From: Azolla caroliniana
Taxonomy: Eukaryota; Plantae; Polypodiophyta
DNA: 64,000 nt
NCBI GenBank assembly: GCA_043228905.1
Contig: JBHGNT010000064.1
Location: 1 to 64,000, forward strand
Direction: 5' to 3'
The notes beneath the pieces were generated by a model. It did no database searches. It was not told where the DNA came from and worked only from the letters and a program-made list of their open reading frames with translations. The position numbers and the translations under genes are program-made. This document shows, one piece after another, positions 9,916-23,699 of the stretch. Within the stretch, counting starts at the first letter, position 1. The number at the start of each line of letters is the position of its first letter.

Positions 9916-12900
9916 TGTTTGGAAATCAGTCCCTCCGGTTGGGATCCGGTTATGGATAAAGAGGACCCGGTGAGAATTAGAAACCGGATCTATAGACCCG
10001 GTGAGAACCGGAAGAGAAGACATATTTGTAAATATGTTCTGAGTAGGCCTTTTGAGGCTATATTTGTAAATAGCCCTAAGTTCATATAAGTATAAATATG
10101 ACTTAGGGCAATCGCTTTATGTGTTGTAGCCTTATTGTTGTATGTGCATAACCGGTGACAGAGAGAGTGTGTCTGTGTGTGTGAGATACAGAACGGTTTC
10201 TGTTGTAACTACCGCTTGGCGAGGAAATAGAGCTCGAGTTCATTGCCTCCGAGTCTCTGATTGTACCTCTCTCATAATAGTGATAGTTCGGAGCCTGTGG
10301 GGTCCCGTGGTTTTTCCCATTCAGGGTTTTCCACGTAAACATCCTGTGTACTCTTTATTGTTCATGTGTGTGTTCGAGTATTTATCTCTATTCCCATCTC
10401 TATGTTTGATTCCCAACAAAGTGATTGAAGACACAGTTGTGGCCGAGCTATATTCTGTACTATTCTCTTCAAACTGGTATTAGAGCGAACAACACAGGAA
10501 ATGGAAGAATCGTTCGGTGGCATGTTCAAGCTTACCGGCTCCAACTACTCAGTGTCGTCGAAGTCGAAGATGAGAGATATCCTGGTGGTTAAAGATCTTT
10601 GGTTGCCAGTTTAGTTCGGGGACAAGAGACCGGATAAGATCGCCGCCATAGTGTGGGAGGTGATGCACATGAATGTTAGGAAACAGGTTCCTCCGGATGG
10701 GAAGAGAGAAGAACAGTACTAATTAGAAACTCGGCCGAGGCCGATAGACCGAGGCTGAAACCGGATGAGGAGTACCCGGCTACGGAAGACCCGGTGAGGA
10801 CCGGATGAGGAGTACCTGGCAACGGAAAACCCGGTGAGAATCGGATGAGGACTACCCGGCAAGAGCCGGGTGGTGAAGGCCCGGTGAGAAGTGCTCACTG
10901 GATGAAGGGACATATTCGTAAATATATTTCTGAGAGTCAATCGGGGCTATATTTCTGAGAGTCGATCGACGTTGGTTGTCACTTTGGGCAATGCCGGGCC
11001 GGAAGGGAAACGGTTATCCCTAGCAAGAGTGAAGTCGAGCTTGCTAGATGAGGAGGCGCATCGGAAAGATAAGGATACGAGCTCCGACTCCAAAGCGCTC
11101 CTTACCGAATCGGAATGCGGAAGACAAAGGAACCGTAGCCCCCAGAACTGGGAAAATTCGGGGACATGGTCAAAGTCAAGGGGGAGGCCTACTTGCTTCT
11201 ATTGCGGCAAGCCGGGACACTTCCAGAAGAACTGTCGGCATTTCCGAAAAGACAAGGAAACCGACGGTACCGATTCGAAGCGGACACTGGACCGGAATGG
11301 TAAAGACCGGAGGGGAACGGACCGGAAGTGAACGACGGCCATCGCGGCAAGTGAAGAAGAGTTGCTGCTCATCACCGAGGAGAGTGAGATAAACCTTGCC
11401 GGCGACGAGATGACCTAGGTGGTCGACTCCGGAGCGTCGTTCCACCTTACCCCGGACCGGAAATGCTTCTCATCCTACTCAGCCGGTGATCATGGCCGTG
11501 TCCGGATGGGGAATGAAGGTACATGCCGAATTGTCGGCATAGGAGACGTGTGGTTGACAACACCAGCCGGATGCAAGATGCTATTGAAGGATGTTCGACA
11601 TGTTCCGGAGGTTCGTCTGAACCTGATATCAGCCGGTCGGGTAGATGATGAAGGCTACATGGGTAGCATCCGGAATGGTGTTATGAAGTTCAGCAAAGGG
11701 AGCCTCATTGTGGCTCAGGCCCGGAAGGTAAACACGTTGTACCTGATGAATGCCCGGTTATGTCCGGAGGAAGTGAACGTGGCATCCGACACCGCCGGAG
11801 AGCTGTGGCACAAAAGGCTGTGTCACATGAGCGAGAAGGGGATGAAGAGGCTTGCAGAAGACAACCTCATTCTAGTGAAGAATGTGCACTTGGAGAAGTG
11901 CACTGATTGTCTGGCCGTTAAGCAAAACCGGACCTCCTTCCGACCAAGGCCACCGATGAGATGTAATGCACCATTGGAGTTGGTGCATACTGATGTGTGT
12001 CAAGTGTACACGAAGTCACATGCAGGATCGCAGTACTTCGTGACGTTCATAGATGACCACAACCGGAAGTTGTGGGCCACACCGTTGAAGACGAAGGATC
12101 AGGTGCAATCCGTTTTCAAAGAGCTCCACGCGAGAGTGGAAAGAGAAATCGGACGGAAGCTGAAGGCGGTTCGAGCATATAACAGAGGTGAATACCAGGG
12201 GCAGTTCGAGAAGTACTATCGCTCGAAGGGAATCCGGCTCGAATTTACCGTGCCAAAGATGCCAGAACTAAACGGGCTGGCCGAGAGGATGAACCGGACC
12301 ATAATGGAGAGGGTCTGGAGTATGCAGGCGCATGCAAAACTACCCAAGAAGTTTTGGGTTGAGGCACTGTCGGCGGCGACATATGTGAGAAACAGATCAC
12401 CCTCAGTACCCTTGGACGGAGACAGACTACAGAGAGTCTGGACCGGTAAGGAAGTGTCCTACCGACATCTGAAAGTATTCGGGTGTCTTGCGTACATGCA
12501 TGTTGCTAAGGACTGGAGAGGAAAGTTGGATCCAAAGACCCGGCCATGCATATTCCTCGGTTATGGCGACAATGAGTTTGGCTACCGAGTGTGGGACCTG
12601 GCCGACAAGAAGGTATTCCGGAGTCGAGATATTATCTTCATGGAGGACAAGACGCTCGTAGACTAGGAGTCAGAGAAGAAGATAATGAACTCCGAGTCGA
12701 CCGGTAAGGATCGATTCTACGATGATCAGACCCAACCGGCAAGAGACCGGTTAGCACTCGAGGAACCAGCCGTTTACGGTGAGGATACCGAACTGGCAGA
12801 AGAAGAAGTAGAGGAAGCTGAAACCGGAATCGGTCAAGACACCGGATCGGATTCGGATGAAGAGCAAATGGAGGAGCTAGTTAATGAAGCCCAAAGACAG

Positions 12901-13355
12901 ACATATCCTCTAAGAGAGAGAAGGGCTCCCCGGAGATTTTCGGATGCAGAGCATGTGCTGCTAATCGATGAGGGGGAGCCAGAAAGCTTCAAGGAAGCTA
13001 AAAGTGACGCCCATAGCCGCAAATGGTTAAGTGCTATGCAGGATGAGATGGATTCTCTGCATGAGAACCATACATATGAATTGGTGGAGTTGCCGAAAGG
13101 AAAGAGGGAACTCCGAAACAAGTGGGTGTACAAGTTGAAACCGGGAGATGCCGGCAACCCCCCGAGATACAAAGCCAGGATCGTGGTGAAGGGGTTCCAG
13201 CAGAAGAAGGGCGTGGACTTCGATGAGATATTTTCCCCGGTAGTAAAGATGACCTCCATCCGGACGGTGCTGAGTATAACAACAAGTATGGACCTCGAGG
13301 TAGAGCAGATGGACGTGAAGACGACATTCCTTCACGGTGGCCTCGAAGAGGAGAT
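9916..13355 (+). mobile_element. Truncated Copia element: LTR 9916-10471, PBS 10475-10486, gag-pol pseudogene; extra LTR fragment at ~10674-10960
   Basis: Zinc knuckle CFYCGKPGHFQKNC, VDSGAS protease, VHTDVC integrase, RYKARIVVKGFQQ RT; closely related to 55642-61054; ends within RT. Confidence 0.85.
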
Positions 13356-13356
13356 A

Positions 13357-15200
13357 CGTGTGAAAGTGAGTAGCGACTCTCGATGTTTAAGAACTTTACC
13401 AATGAATGTTGCAATCAAGAGTGCACATTGTGGTTGTGAGAGTAATTCCTGCAAGGATTGGGCTCAGTCGAAGAGATGTTCAAAGCATGGTCGAATATGA
13501 TCAAAGGTAGAGCATTGTATCAAAGTGTGATACTTAGACTCACGAACTTGTTTAGGGCAAAGTGTGTATAGCCGGTCACTCTCATCACTTGTGCCCCAAC
13601 GCCCTGTCTCACATCACAATGCATGTGAGCTAAGTGACATGGAAGCAATGGTTCGAATGGTAGATAACGTTATGGGCTCTAACATGTATCTATGTTTACG
13701 GTTTCCCCGTTCCGTAAAGAATATGGTTTTGTAGTTAGGTGCAACATGTGTAGTATAGTGTGTGAAGCGTGAGCCTCCACATTTGTCCCATGTCATGATA
13801 CATTGGCGTTGCAAAAAGGGCTCTTTTACGAAGGAATCTAGTGATGCATCATGAAGCAAGTGTCTCACATCCCATCTACCAAACCATTTTTCTATATCTT
13901 GCATCCAACTGAAACACAAAAATTTGCTTTTATATGTCTTTTAGATCTTTTTGTTTGCTTCCCATGCAATTCTAGGAAGTCGATGTGAGGGACTTTTTTG
14001 AACCTTAAGCATGTATTAAACAACCCTTTCCATGGCCATGATCTCAATGGGAAGCAATCCCGTCTCAAGGAGGAGGAGGGTGTAGGGCGTTTGTTTCTTA
14101 ACTTGTAGAAACTTTGTAAGAAAATGGTTTTGGACATTTTCAAACTCTTTCCACATAGATTTAGGGATGCTACCGCCCCATAATTCCACCCCATAGAGAA
14201 GAACCGGTGTCACCAAAGTGTCGAAAAGATATTTCTTGCGGACCCAACACTTAATATCTCCAAGATTGCATGTGTTCTCAAATACATAGTATGCTCGCTT
14301 ACCCGCCTACAAGCGGCGTGTAGCACATTCATTCCATTTATGATTTGAAGGAACTTCAAGGTCAAGATATTTGAAGCTTTCCACACATTCAAGTGGCTCA
14401 TTGTTGTACGTAATGCATGATTTATCTCTTTTTTGGCTCTTCACAAGCATAATATTTGTTTTAGAGCTATTAACACTTAATTTAGTATGCATGCAATCTT
14501 TTTTCAATGCCTTCATAAGCTTTTGTGCATCTCCTAAAGTATTTGCAAAAAGCACTACATTCAAGTGGCTCATTGTTGTACGTAATGCATGATTTATCTC
14601 TTTTTTGGCTCTTCACAAGCATAATATTTGTTTTAGAGCTATTAACACTTAATTTAGTATGCATGCAATCTTTTTTCAATGCCTTCATAAGCTTTTGTGC
14701 ATCTCCTAAAGTATTTGCAAAAAGCACTACATCATCTGCATATAGCAAAAGCATAATCACAACATTCCCAATGACAACTTCTTCAACACATTATTCCTTT
14801 GCAAACTTGGTAACCATTTCTTCCAATTCATAAATGCATAGACCAAATAGTGTTGGTGAGAGTGGGCATCCTTGCTTAACAACAATAGTGCTTTTGAAAA
14901 AATCTGAAAGTTTATCTCTCATACACACACAACATATAACCTTATCATAAATTCATGAAATTGCAAGCATATATTCACTTGGCACCTCAAGTTCTTCCAT
15001 TCGCCTCCAAAGATGGTCACGAGGTACCATATCAAAAGCTTCCTTGAAGTCTACAAAGCAGCAATATAAACCTTTACCTCTAAGGCGACTTTCCTCCATT
15101 AATACTCGAAGGGTGACAAGGTGATCAATGGTGCTATGGTGTTTTCAAAAGCCAACTTGTCCATAAACTCTCTTACCATTTTTTGGAGGTCAAATATGAC
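13357..15200 (-). mobile_element. Degenerate non-LTR retrotransposon (RTE-like LINE), RT and C-terminal region
   Basis: LLLYADDVVLF, FKYL, VTPVLLYGVELWG; 172-bp tandem duplication 14385-14556/14557-14728. Confidence 0.8.
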
Positions 15201-15236
15201 ATATGAGACCAAAAATATTACATTTCATGTGATATG

Positions 15237-16080
15237 TGTGAAAGTGAGTAGCGATTCTCGATGTTCAAGAACTTTACCAATGAATGTTGCACTCGAGAGT
15301 GCACATTGAGGTTGTGAGTAGCAATGGGTGCGGTTCGGTTCGGTTTCTTGGCCTTGAAACCAAACCAAACCAAACCATTTATTTATATTAAAAACCAAAC
15401 CAAACTGTTTAAATTTTATGAAGCCATTTAAACCGAACTGTTTAGAGCCGAACTGTTTAAACCAACCGTTTATGAAAAATTTAGAACCAAACCAAATTGG
15501 TTTATCATAAATCAAAACCAAACCAAACCGATAAACCTATAAACCTATAAACCTTTAAACCTTTAAACCTTCAAAACTTCAAAACCTTAAAACCAAACCA
15601 CATAAGCCGAAACCACTAAACCGTGAAATTCAAAACCAAAACGAATCGAAACCGATAAGCCGCTAAACCATGAAATTCAAAACCGAACTGAACCGAAACC
15701 AAACTGGATCATAATATTTGAAACCAAACCAAACGGTTTACTTATCTTTGAACCAATAAACTGTTAAGCCATGGCTTAACAGTTCGATTCAGTTTGAGCC
15801 GAAATCGTGCCCATTGCTAGTTGTGAGAGAAATTCGTGCAAGGATTGGGCTTGGTTGAAGATGTGTGGAAAGCATGGTTGAATATGATCAAAGGCAGAGC
15901 ATTGTATCAAAGTGTGATACTCAAACTTTTGAACTTGTTTAGGGCAAAGTGTGCGTAGTCGAGACAACTCTCATCACTTGTGCCCCAAAGCCTCGTCTCA
16001 CATCACAATGCATGAGCCCACATGGAAGCAATGGTTCTAATGGCAGACAATAGGATGGGCTCTAACATGTATCGATGTCA
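15237..16080 (-). mobile_element. Second fragment of the same LINE 3' region, split by a hAT MITE
   Basis: Resembles 13357-13690 (GTGAAAGTGAGTAGCG...GGGCTCTAACATGTATC). Confidence 0.7.
15319..15819. mobile_element. Non-autonomous hAT element, 501 bp
   Basis: TIR TAGCAATGGG/CCCATTGCTA; 8-bp TSD GTTGTGAG (15311-15318 and 15820-15827); many AAACCG/AAACCA internal motifs. Confidence 0.9.
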
Positions 16081-16322
16081 AAATAATAATAATACCCTAC
16101 CCACAAACAAACAATCATTTCTTCTTCTTTACGCCTGCCCAGCCCAGCCTAGCCCAGCCCAGCCTTGCCTCGCCTCGCCTTCGAAACCAACGGAGACGAC
16201 AGAGTCTAATTAATACATTCATTACCAACACCCACATACATACATATACAGACAGACAGTCAGACACACCCACATACATATACAGACACACACAGAGCGA
16301 GGGTTTGGCTGGAGGAGGAGCC

Positions 16323-17020
16323 ATGGCGACTCTCTCACACCTTCTCCTTCTACTCCTCATCTTCCTTCTCTGCGGCATCCCTCGCGTCATTCCCTTCCAA
16401 TCCGACGAACTACAGCAGCAGCAGCAGGAGAACGGAGAAGAAGACGAAGAAGAAGACACCGCCACCGTCACCGCCACCAACATCAACTTCATTGAGCAAG
16501 TCGTGACGGCCCGCGTTCGCTCCTCTGCATCTCCTCCCGAATCGAAGATCCAGTTCGAGATCCAGCATTCCTTTGGTGATTCGGATTTCTCTCCTGCTGG
16601 ATCCTTCTCCGCACGCCTTCGCAACTCGCTTCTTCATGGTGGCCAGGTATTGCTACATCATGATGTGTACTGAATTCAAATCATTCTCGTTTTGCATTGA
16701 TATAGAAGCTATGCACACTGCCCGTGATACGAAGACCAGAAAAGACAAATAACTATCTGGACTACCCATGTCTATCGTTTATGATAATATATCCAACTAT
16801 TTCCTTCAGCATAACAGATGATAGAGGCTCGCAATGAATGTTATCATCATTATCCAAATTTGCCTTGTCTCCCTGAACTCTGGAGGATGAAGAAGAGTCG
16901 TATACATCAGCTATCATGAGTTGGTGGTATAGTCTCAGATATTTCTGGGGATCTTGATCTCGTCACATCATACTCTTTGCCCACACCTTTTAATTTCTCT
17001 GTGAGAAGATTATGAAACAT

Positions 17021-17068
<48 letters not shown>

Positions 17069-20000
17069 ACGTCTTTTAAGAGGCCAAAATGGCCTATAAG
17101 ACCAAACAAAGATTACATCTTAAGTGTTGTCTCGTCTTTGAGAACAACAAATCAAAAAAATAAGTAAATAATACTCCGTAAATATAAAGGTATATAAGAT
17201 AAAAAGAGACGAGGGAATTTGGTTTTCGGCACATGGGAGATTCTCAAGTTAGATATATTGTAGCTTTTGGCTTCGAAAGATCTCTAGCATAGGTCGATCC
17301 AGAATGGAAATGTCTCTGAAGCGAGGAAAGCACGACAAAAGCACTTGTGATGGCGGGAGATAATGGCTTTTATTTGTCGATGACAAGGGTGTTGAGGTCG
17401 TGGTCCATGGGACAAGGGCCTACGTGCATGGCAAATTGCTATTGCCCGATCAATTGTAACCCCTTTGTTATGTCCAGGTTGGGAGCCCATTTGTGTATCC
17501 CGTGATTGACTTGTAGCATTAGTAGGAGTGATGGGGCTAAAGAAAGTTGTGATCGTTCTTTGTGGATGAGCTTGTGTGGCTATATTCTTCAACAACCTTT
17601 CCCGATGTCTCTTCAGCTCTAGCAAGAAAAGTCCTAGGCACCGTTGGTTCTCATATTCCATTACCTTGCGTGGTGGCCCAAAGTGTCGTTTAAAGAGGCA
17701 ATGGTGTCTCCCTCTGATTTCATAAAAGACACTACAATGACAAACATAGGGTTCTTCGAATTCCACTCCTTGATGACACAATTGACAAATTCTCTCTTCT
17801 AGAGGTAGTCGTCTACCTACCTCAATCTGTAACTGATGTGATGAAGTTCGCAGCTGCCCTATCACACTACGCAACACATAGGATAGATGTATGTCCATAT
17901 AAGGTGGTCTGATGATGAATCCATCCTCTGATGTGTGTAAGAAGTGTGTCTTATAGTGGGCCATCTTTGTACCAAGTGGTATTTTGGGGCTGATCCATGT
18001 TATCTTGTTTTCCAAGTTAATAATATCAGTTCGGATCACTCTATTCTTTTCCACTTTGCTAATATTCAGATGGGGACAGTCCAAGTTATATTGGAACGGG
18101 GGCAGTGCATTTATAATCATGCCATGTGACTCAAACCATTGCTGCATTCCAGCATACCAAAAATAAATGTGTCCATTTTCAGCCAGTTGTCTTGATGACA
18201 TAAGTGCCAACCTTGGGTACCTTTGTTTAGGGAGCTCCCAAAGATGTTGGATAAATGTCACTGATCGGAACAATGCCTCGGTGATTATAGGTGCTGCTCC
18301 CAAAGACGTTTAGAGAGAGAGAGAGAGGAAGAGAGCTAGCTCTCTTTGAGCTTTCTTACAAGTTTTCTGAAACTTTTCCAATGGTTTCTTGTGATTATGA
18401 CATAATCAGATACTTCATTTTTATCGTACTCAAGCATGGATTTCATGAGATAATACATTATTTCAACTTGCACAAAGATTTCTCGAGCTTAGTTGCAATA
18501 TAGATACAGATATATTATCCTGTGGATATAATTCTGTAATTGGTATTTTCACCTCTTTGTGAATGAGTCTCCATTGTTCTTTGTAAACCTATCTGGACTT
18601 TGATCACTATCACGAATGTAAATATTGTTTGGCTATTTATATCTTTCTCTAACTCATATTGAGAATAGATACCTGCAATAACCTTAAACAAAACTAATTT
18701 TTATTCACAAACATCTATCCAAAAAGTTGAAATGTGGATAAGAGATTGTTTAGTGTAGCCACAAAAGAAAAATGGAAACACCATTATGTACTGATTGGAC
18801 AGTCATATCTAGTTCTTTGATTCCATAAACCAGGAACAGTTGTTTTGTGTGCATGGATTTCTCACATTTGATCGTGTCTGACATATTCAGATCATCTGCA
18901 AACGTTTCAACGTATGCATGCTCATCATTATATACCCTTACAAATCTATGTCGTCATTGCAGACCATTTCAAGGCTTAGATTATCAAGAAATGCCTTCAC
19001 AACAGAGGAGCAAGAAGCCTTTCAGGTTTTTATAGGGATTTCAATTATAACTCCGAAACTGATTGTAATTATGCATCCCATATGCTATAATGAGCTCTAA
19101 TTTGTCATCCATTAACCAGGCTCTGGTCAAGGCAGATGGTTTCTATAGGATACGAGTGCCTACAAATGTGTTGTCTCCAGACCAGGATTGGATCCTCTCC
19201 TCAGTGAAAGCAGTAAGTTAGGTTCACTGTCCTGTACAAAGACTATATTGCAATTATATCTCATTGTAACTCTTTTGCAGCGCTGTTTAGCATCATCCAA
19301 TCTTCACGAACGATTTGAGTTTTACATGGTACATTTATTACTTTTGTAATTCACTCTTTTGTCTATTGGTGGAAAGAGGAAGACATACATGCCATTTAAT
19401 TTTCCATTTTTCTTACAGGAAAGAGGAAATATTATTTCAATTGGGTATGGTGCAAGTCAGTGTGCTTATCCTCGAATTCCAAACTATGTAAGAAGTTTCT
19501 CCTGCAACAAGTAGAAGTACAAGGACATAGATTTGCATTTATTTCAATGTAGCATCATTGGCATAAGTTCTTGATGTTATCAATGTAGGCTATAGTACAA
19601 TTTATGTTTTGTTCAGCAGATGTTTTCATACTTCTTTTAATTTGATCTTTATGAATGTGCGGATAAAGAATGTGCAAAATATTTTATGTATCAATGGTTA
19701 TATCCTATCTGTTACTATCATAGTGCATGAGTCTTAGTACAAGTTTGAATGCGTCATAAGGAATGAAGTTCATAATCTAGGGATTCAATAGAGGCAATGT
19801 TTCAGATCAAATTGTCATCTAGAATCTTTGATCACTAATGGGTTCGAAGAAGCTCATGGTCTGTAGATTCTTGGATCTTTGCATTTATGCTTTGAAACAT
19901 GATATATATTGTGATGTAACGGTCTTTGGATCAGATAATATATTGCCTAATAGAGTGACATTAGCATTTCCCTCTGATCTCAAACTGATGCATGCAGTAA

Positions 20001-22283
20001 TGATACACCCTCAATAACCAAAGCTTGAATATAAATTCTGCCCCCACTACTTGTTTGTCTCTTTGACGAGTATCACTACTACACGGGCCTTGAATTTGAA
20101 ACAGGATTTCTTGGAGTCATGAAAGTTTTAAACAGTGCCATTAATAACTATCTTGCAAATGTTTGCACATGCGCATCTTAAACATTTAAATGTGAATTTC
20201 TCAAAATTATACTTTCAGAAATGGTCTCAATCTGCATCCCAGTAATTCAATTTGTTTCAAGTGCTTATTGTCAAGTATGAGAAATTGTCTATGTTAACAC
20301 GTTATAATATTTCAATGAGGATTTAGGTGGTAGACATGGTAATCTTCTCCTTAATATGTGTCTTTCCAAAACTTCAAACATATATGATGAACTTGATTGA
20401 AACTTGTCTCAATAGGTTTGGCTACCATGTGCATGCATATCTATAACTGACAGGAGCTTTTTCTAATGTTCTCTCTAATCAAGCATTTGTTCCATAATTT
20501 TTGTGTGACAGTTTTTTACTAGAGAAAGGTAATGCAGGGTAAAAATTTGAATGCAGTAAGTCTACGTATATCTAGGATATACCATATACTAAATATTATT
20601 TGCCTTTCTGGACCAACATTATGTGGTGCAACATGCGTTGGATTTCAACTCTTACATATGTCCTATGTAAGGCCTGTATCAATTTGATTAAGTCAATGAG
20701 GGCCTTTGTCATCAGACTGGTTTGATACCATATGATTACTTTATTAGTTTTATTTAAGCTTGTGAGTCTCCATTTCTCTTTTTCATATTAGGGCTGTACC
20801 CTTGTGGTAAGCTGTATTTGTATTAACCCATGCACTTCCAATGTAGCATTAACAAATTGCATGAAAAGGTTTTCTATTAATGTGTTTTGTAGTACATACT
20901 ATTTGCTTCCTGGATTAATTTGTTTATTTTGGAGCACAGCCAACAAAGTGGATCTTTGACTCATATATTGTGCTAAAAGGTCCAGAACAAGCTGTAAGGT
21001 ATTGAAAACAAAATAACTCACACTGAAAATAGTTTTGGATTTATGATGTAGATATAGGACAGGATTTTTGCATTCTAGTGCATGCTTGAAAGTAACAAAC
21101 TAGAAACAAATACTATTGTATATGCAGGTCCCTTCCAACCATCAATGATGTTGAGGTGGTGCTGGATGAAGATGGCCAGCCTAAAAAGCCAGTTGAGAAA
21201 TCATTCTGGGCAAAATATGTAGGTCCATCTTATCTTTTCTTCTAGATGTGTCAGTTTTATATCTCATTTCTTCTTTCAGATGCTTCACCCATCATGCACA
21301 TTTATTATGTGCAACATTCATTCTGGTAGAAAATACCAGCATGGGACTCAACAGTCAAATTGCATAAGTTTTAAGTGATTGAAAAATTCTAGAAAATGTT
21401 GAATGAGAGTCATTGTATTGCTTCACATATGTTACTATGCTACAAATATAGCAATCATGAGTAGATTGGGATATTCAACGTAGAACTGCCCCCTCCTATT
21501 AGAATAATGCTCAGGATATTCACATTTAAGTGATTTAAACTTTAGCCTTCTCACCCCTTCCCCCTCTCTTTTCTATTTTCCCACCCCGCCTTCCTTTTTT
21601 CACTTTTTATTTCCAAATCTACCCCTCCCCGTTCCACTCTAATTTCACTCTACCCCTTGTTATCTTCTAGTTACGTTCCTCCTCTCTGACACTAGCACCA
21701 GTGTAGATTTTAGCTCGAGCTTGCTGATTTTTATTAAAGAAATTTTATTTGTACTGATTACATATCTACATAATCATGACCTTTCTTGTTTCAGTCTCTC
21801 CAGAGTCTTAAAATAATTTTTGTATTGTTTTTCTTCTGTTTCCTCTCTTTCAGTTCTTACTGTATCTGTTTCAGGAATTTATGCATATCATAAACACTTA
21901 AAAGAGATAATAATTGCACTTGCCAGAGAACTAATATATCTAAATTTGCAACAATCTCCATACACATGCTAGTTCAAGTCTTTTGTACACACAATACTGC
22001 CAACTGCTGTTTCCATCTAGTAATGTCATACTTGAGATTCTACATTATTCATAACCTTCTTGGTCTATTGAAGAGGGAATCAGAAGTTTGGCAAGATATA
22101 AGTAAATATTTGAGTACTAATGTATCTTGTTTGTTTTGCTAGTGGATGTATATTGTTCCACTGGGTCTCATCATATTAAATGCCATAACACAAGTGGCGA
22201 ACATGCCAGAAGAGGGTTCCAGCCAAGGGGCTGCTCCTGGGACTGCTCAAAGAACAGTAAGTGCAGGGCCACGGAGACGGTAA
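16323..22283 (+). CDS. EMC10: ER membrane protein complex subunit 10, 295 aa; exons 16323-16646, 18963-19025, 19120-19212, 19281-19328, 19419-19487, 20940-20998, 21128-21218, 22143-22283
   Basis: All introns GT-AG with consistent phase; signal peptide, FQSDEL, HSFGDSDFSPAGSFSARL, FYRIRVP, SSVKARCL, and EKSFWAKYWMYIVPLGLI before a transmembrane segment. Confidence 0.9.
17065..18310 (-). mobile_element. 5'-truncated LINE in EMC10 intron 1, flanked by (AG)n
   Basis: 339-aa ORF with QLRTSSHQLQIEVGR and CQLCHQGVEFEEPYVCHC, typical of a LINE ORF2 C-terminus; AG repeats on both sides. Confidence 0.8.
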
Positions 22284-23699
22284 TTTGTAATGCCATGCAA
22301 GGATTTGACAAACGTTTCGCAAGGAAATGAACAACTCCTACTCAACTTCAAAATTTCATTGATTACAATTATGCAGTAAATGTTCTTGATGCATTGATTC
22401 CAATGTATTGGCCAATGATCCATTTACTTTTATGTATGCTACAAAGGCTTCCTAGATAGATGCAGATGGTTTAGTGAGAGAAATGGACTGTTTGTATCCT
22501 CAAATATTTTGCAAATAGATACAGTTAAATAGTGCCTTGAGTCAGGGATCATGAACATCAACTTAATTGAAGCTAATTCTCTTCTCCTCCTGTGATCTTG
22601 ATAAGAAACATTTTCTAAGGTGTCTTCTAGTGGTAACAAATGTGTATGGATCTATATCTTTAAAAAGTAATAAAATAAAAACATAGTTACAAGTAACTCT
22701 ACTTCATTAATTTAGGAACTCATTAGATGGGGGTGATTGAGGGATTGACAATGGCAGTCTCAGTAGCTCAATGCACTTGTATCTATACCTTGGAGCTTTT
22801 GGTGATATTGAGTTAAACCATGTGATCTAGTTGCCCTTGGAGAAAGCATGCCAATCATATGTTGAGCTTTTATTTTTTACCTTTATTTCCCCTATATTGA
22901 CATTTGGTCTCATAATTACCTTAAACCCCTAAACACTAAATCGTGTATCTAGATCATGTAATAACTTTGATTTTCTAGGTAATGTGGCTCTCTCTCTTAC
23001 GAACATGTGTGTATAAAATATTCATATATATTTGTCTTTATTATTGTTATTATTTCTTTATATAAACGAAGAACCATGGATTGGACAATCAAGAAATGTT
23101 GGCAATTTTAAGACACCTTTCTTTGGTTGCATCTCTTTCTTTGGAATGTGAGTTGTAGGTTGCCTAATCTAGTTTAAGGAATATTGTAGGAAAAGGAGTT
23201 GGAGAGGTTGAGGAGAATGTCTTTAAGGTGATGGACCAAAGGATATGAAAGTAGGAGATTAGGAGCAAGTCGATGTCATCAATGAGGAATCATGTGCATT
23301 AACACTCAAGATGGCAAACAAAGTAGGTGGTTGGAGCACACCAAGGATTGTTGTAAATAGTGTTGGGTGTGTAGCAATCATGTCTAATACAAGGTATCGG
23401 CTCTGTGTCACTCAACGTTGGCAAGCTGATGCTATGGAGGGTTGAATGCTGATGAGTTGTAGGTTGCTTGATCTAGTTTGAGGAATATTGTGGCTCTCAG
23501 ATCCGGCTCTTGGTTCCGGATACCTATCTGGTTCTCTGATCTGGATACTAATCCGGCTCTGGCTCAGGCTTATTCAACCAATCCAGATCCAGTTGAGCTT
23601 GTCAGCTCAACAATAATATTTGGAATAAGTATGACTATCCTTATGATGCATTATCTAGTGTTCAGACGGCTATTATTGTAAAGCTAAACAAGTATTTTA

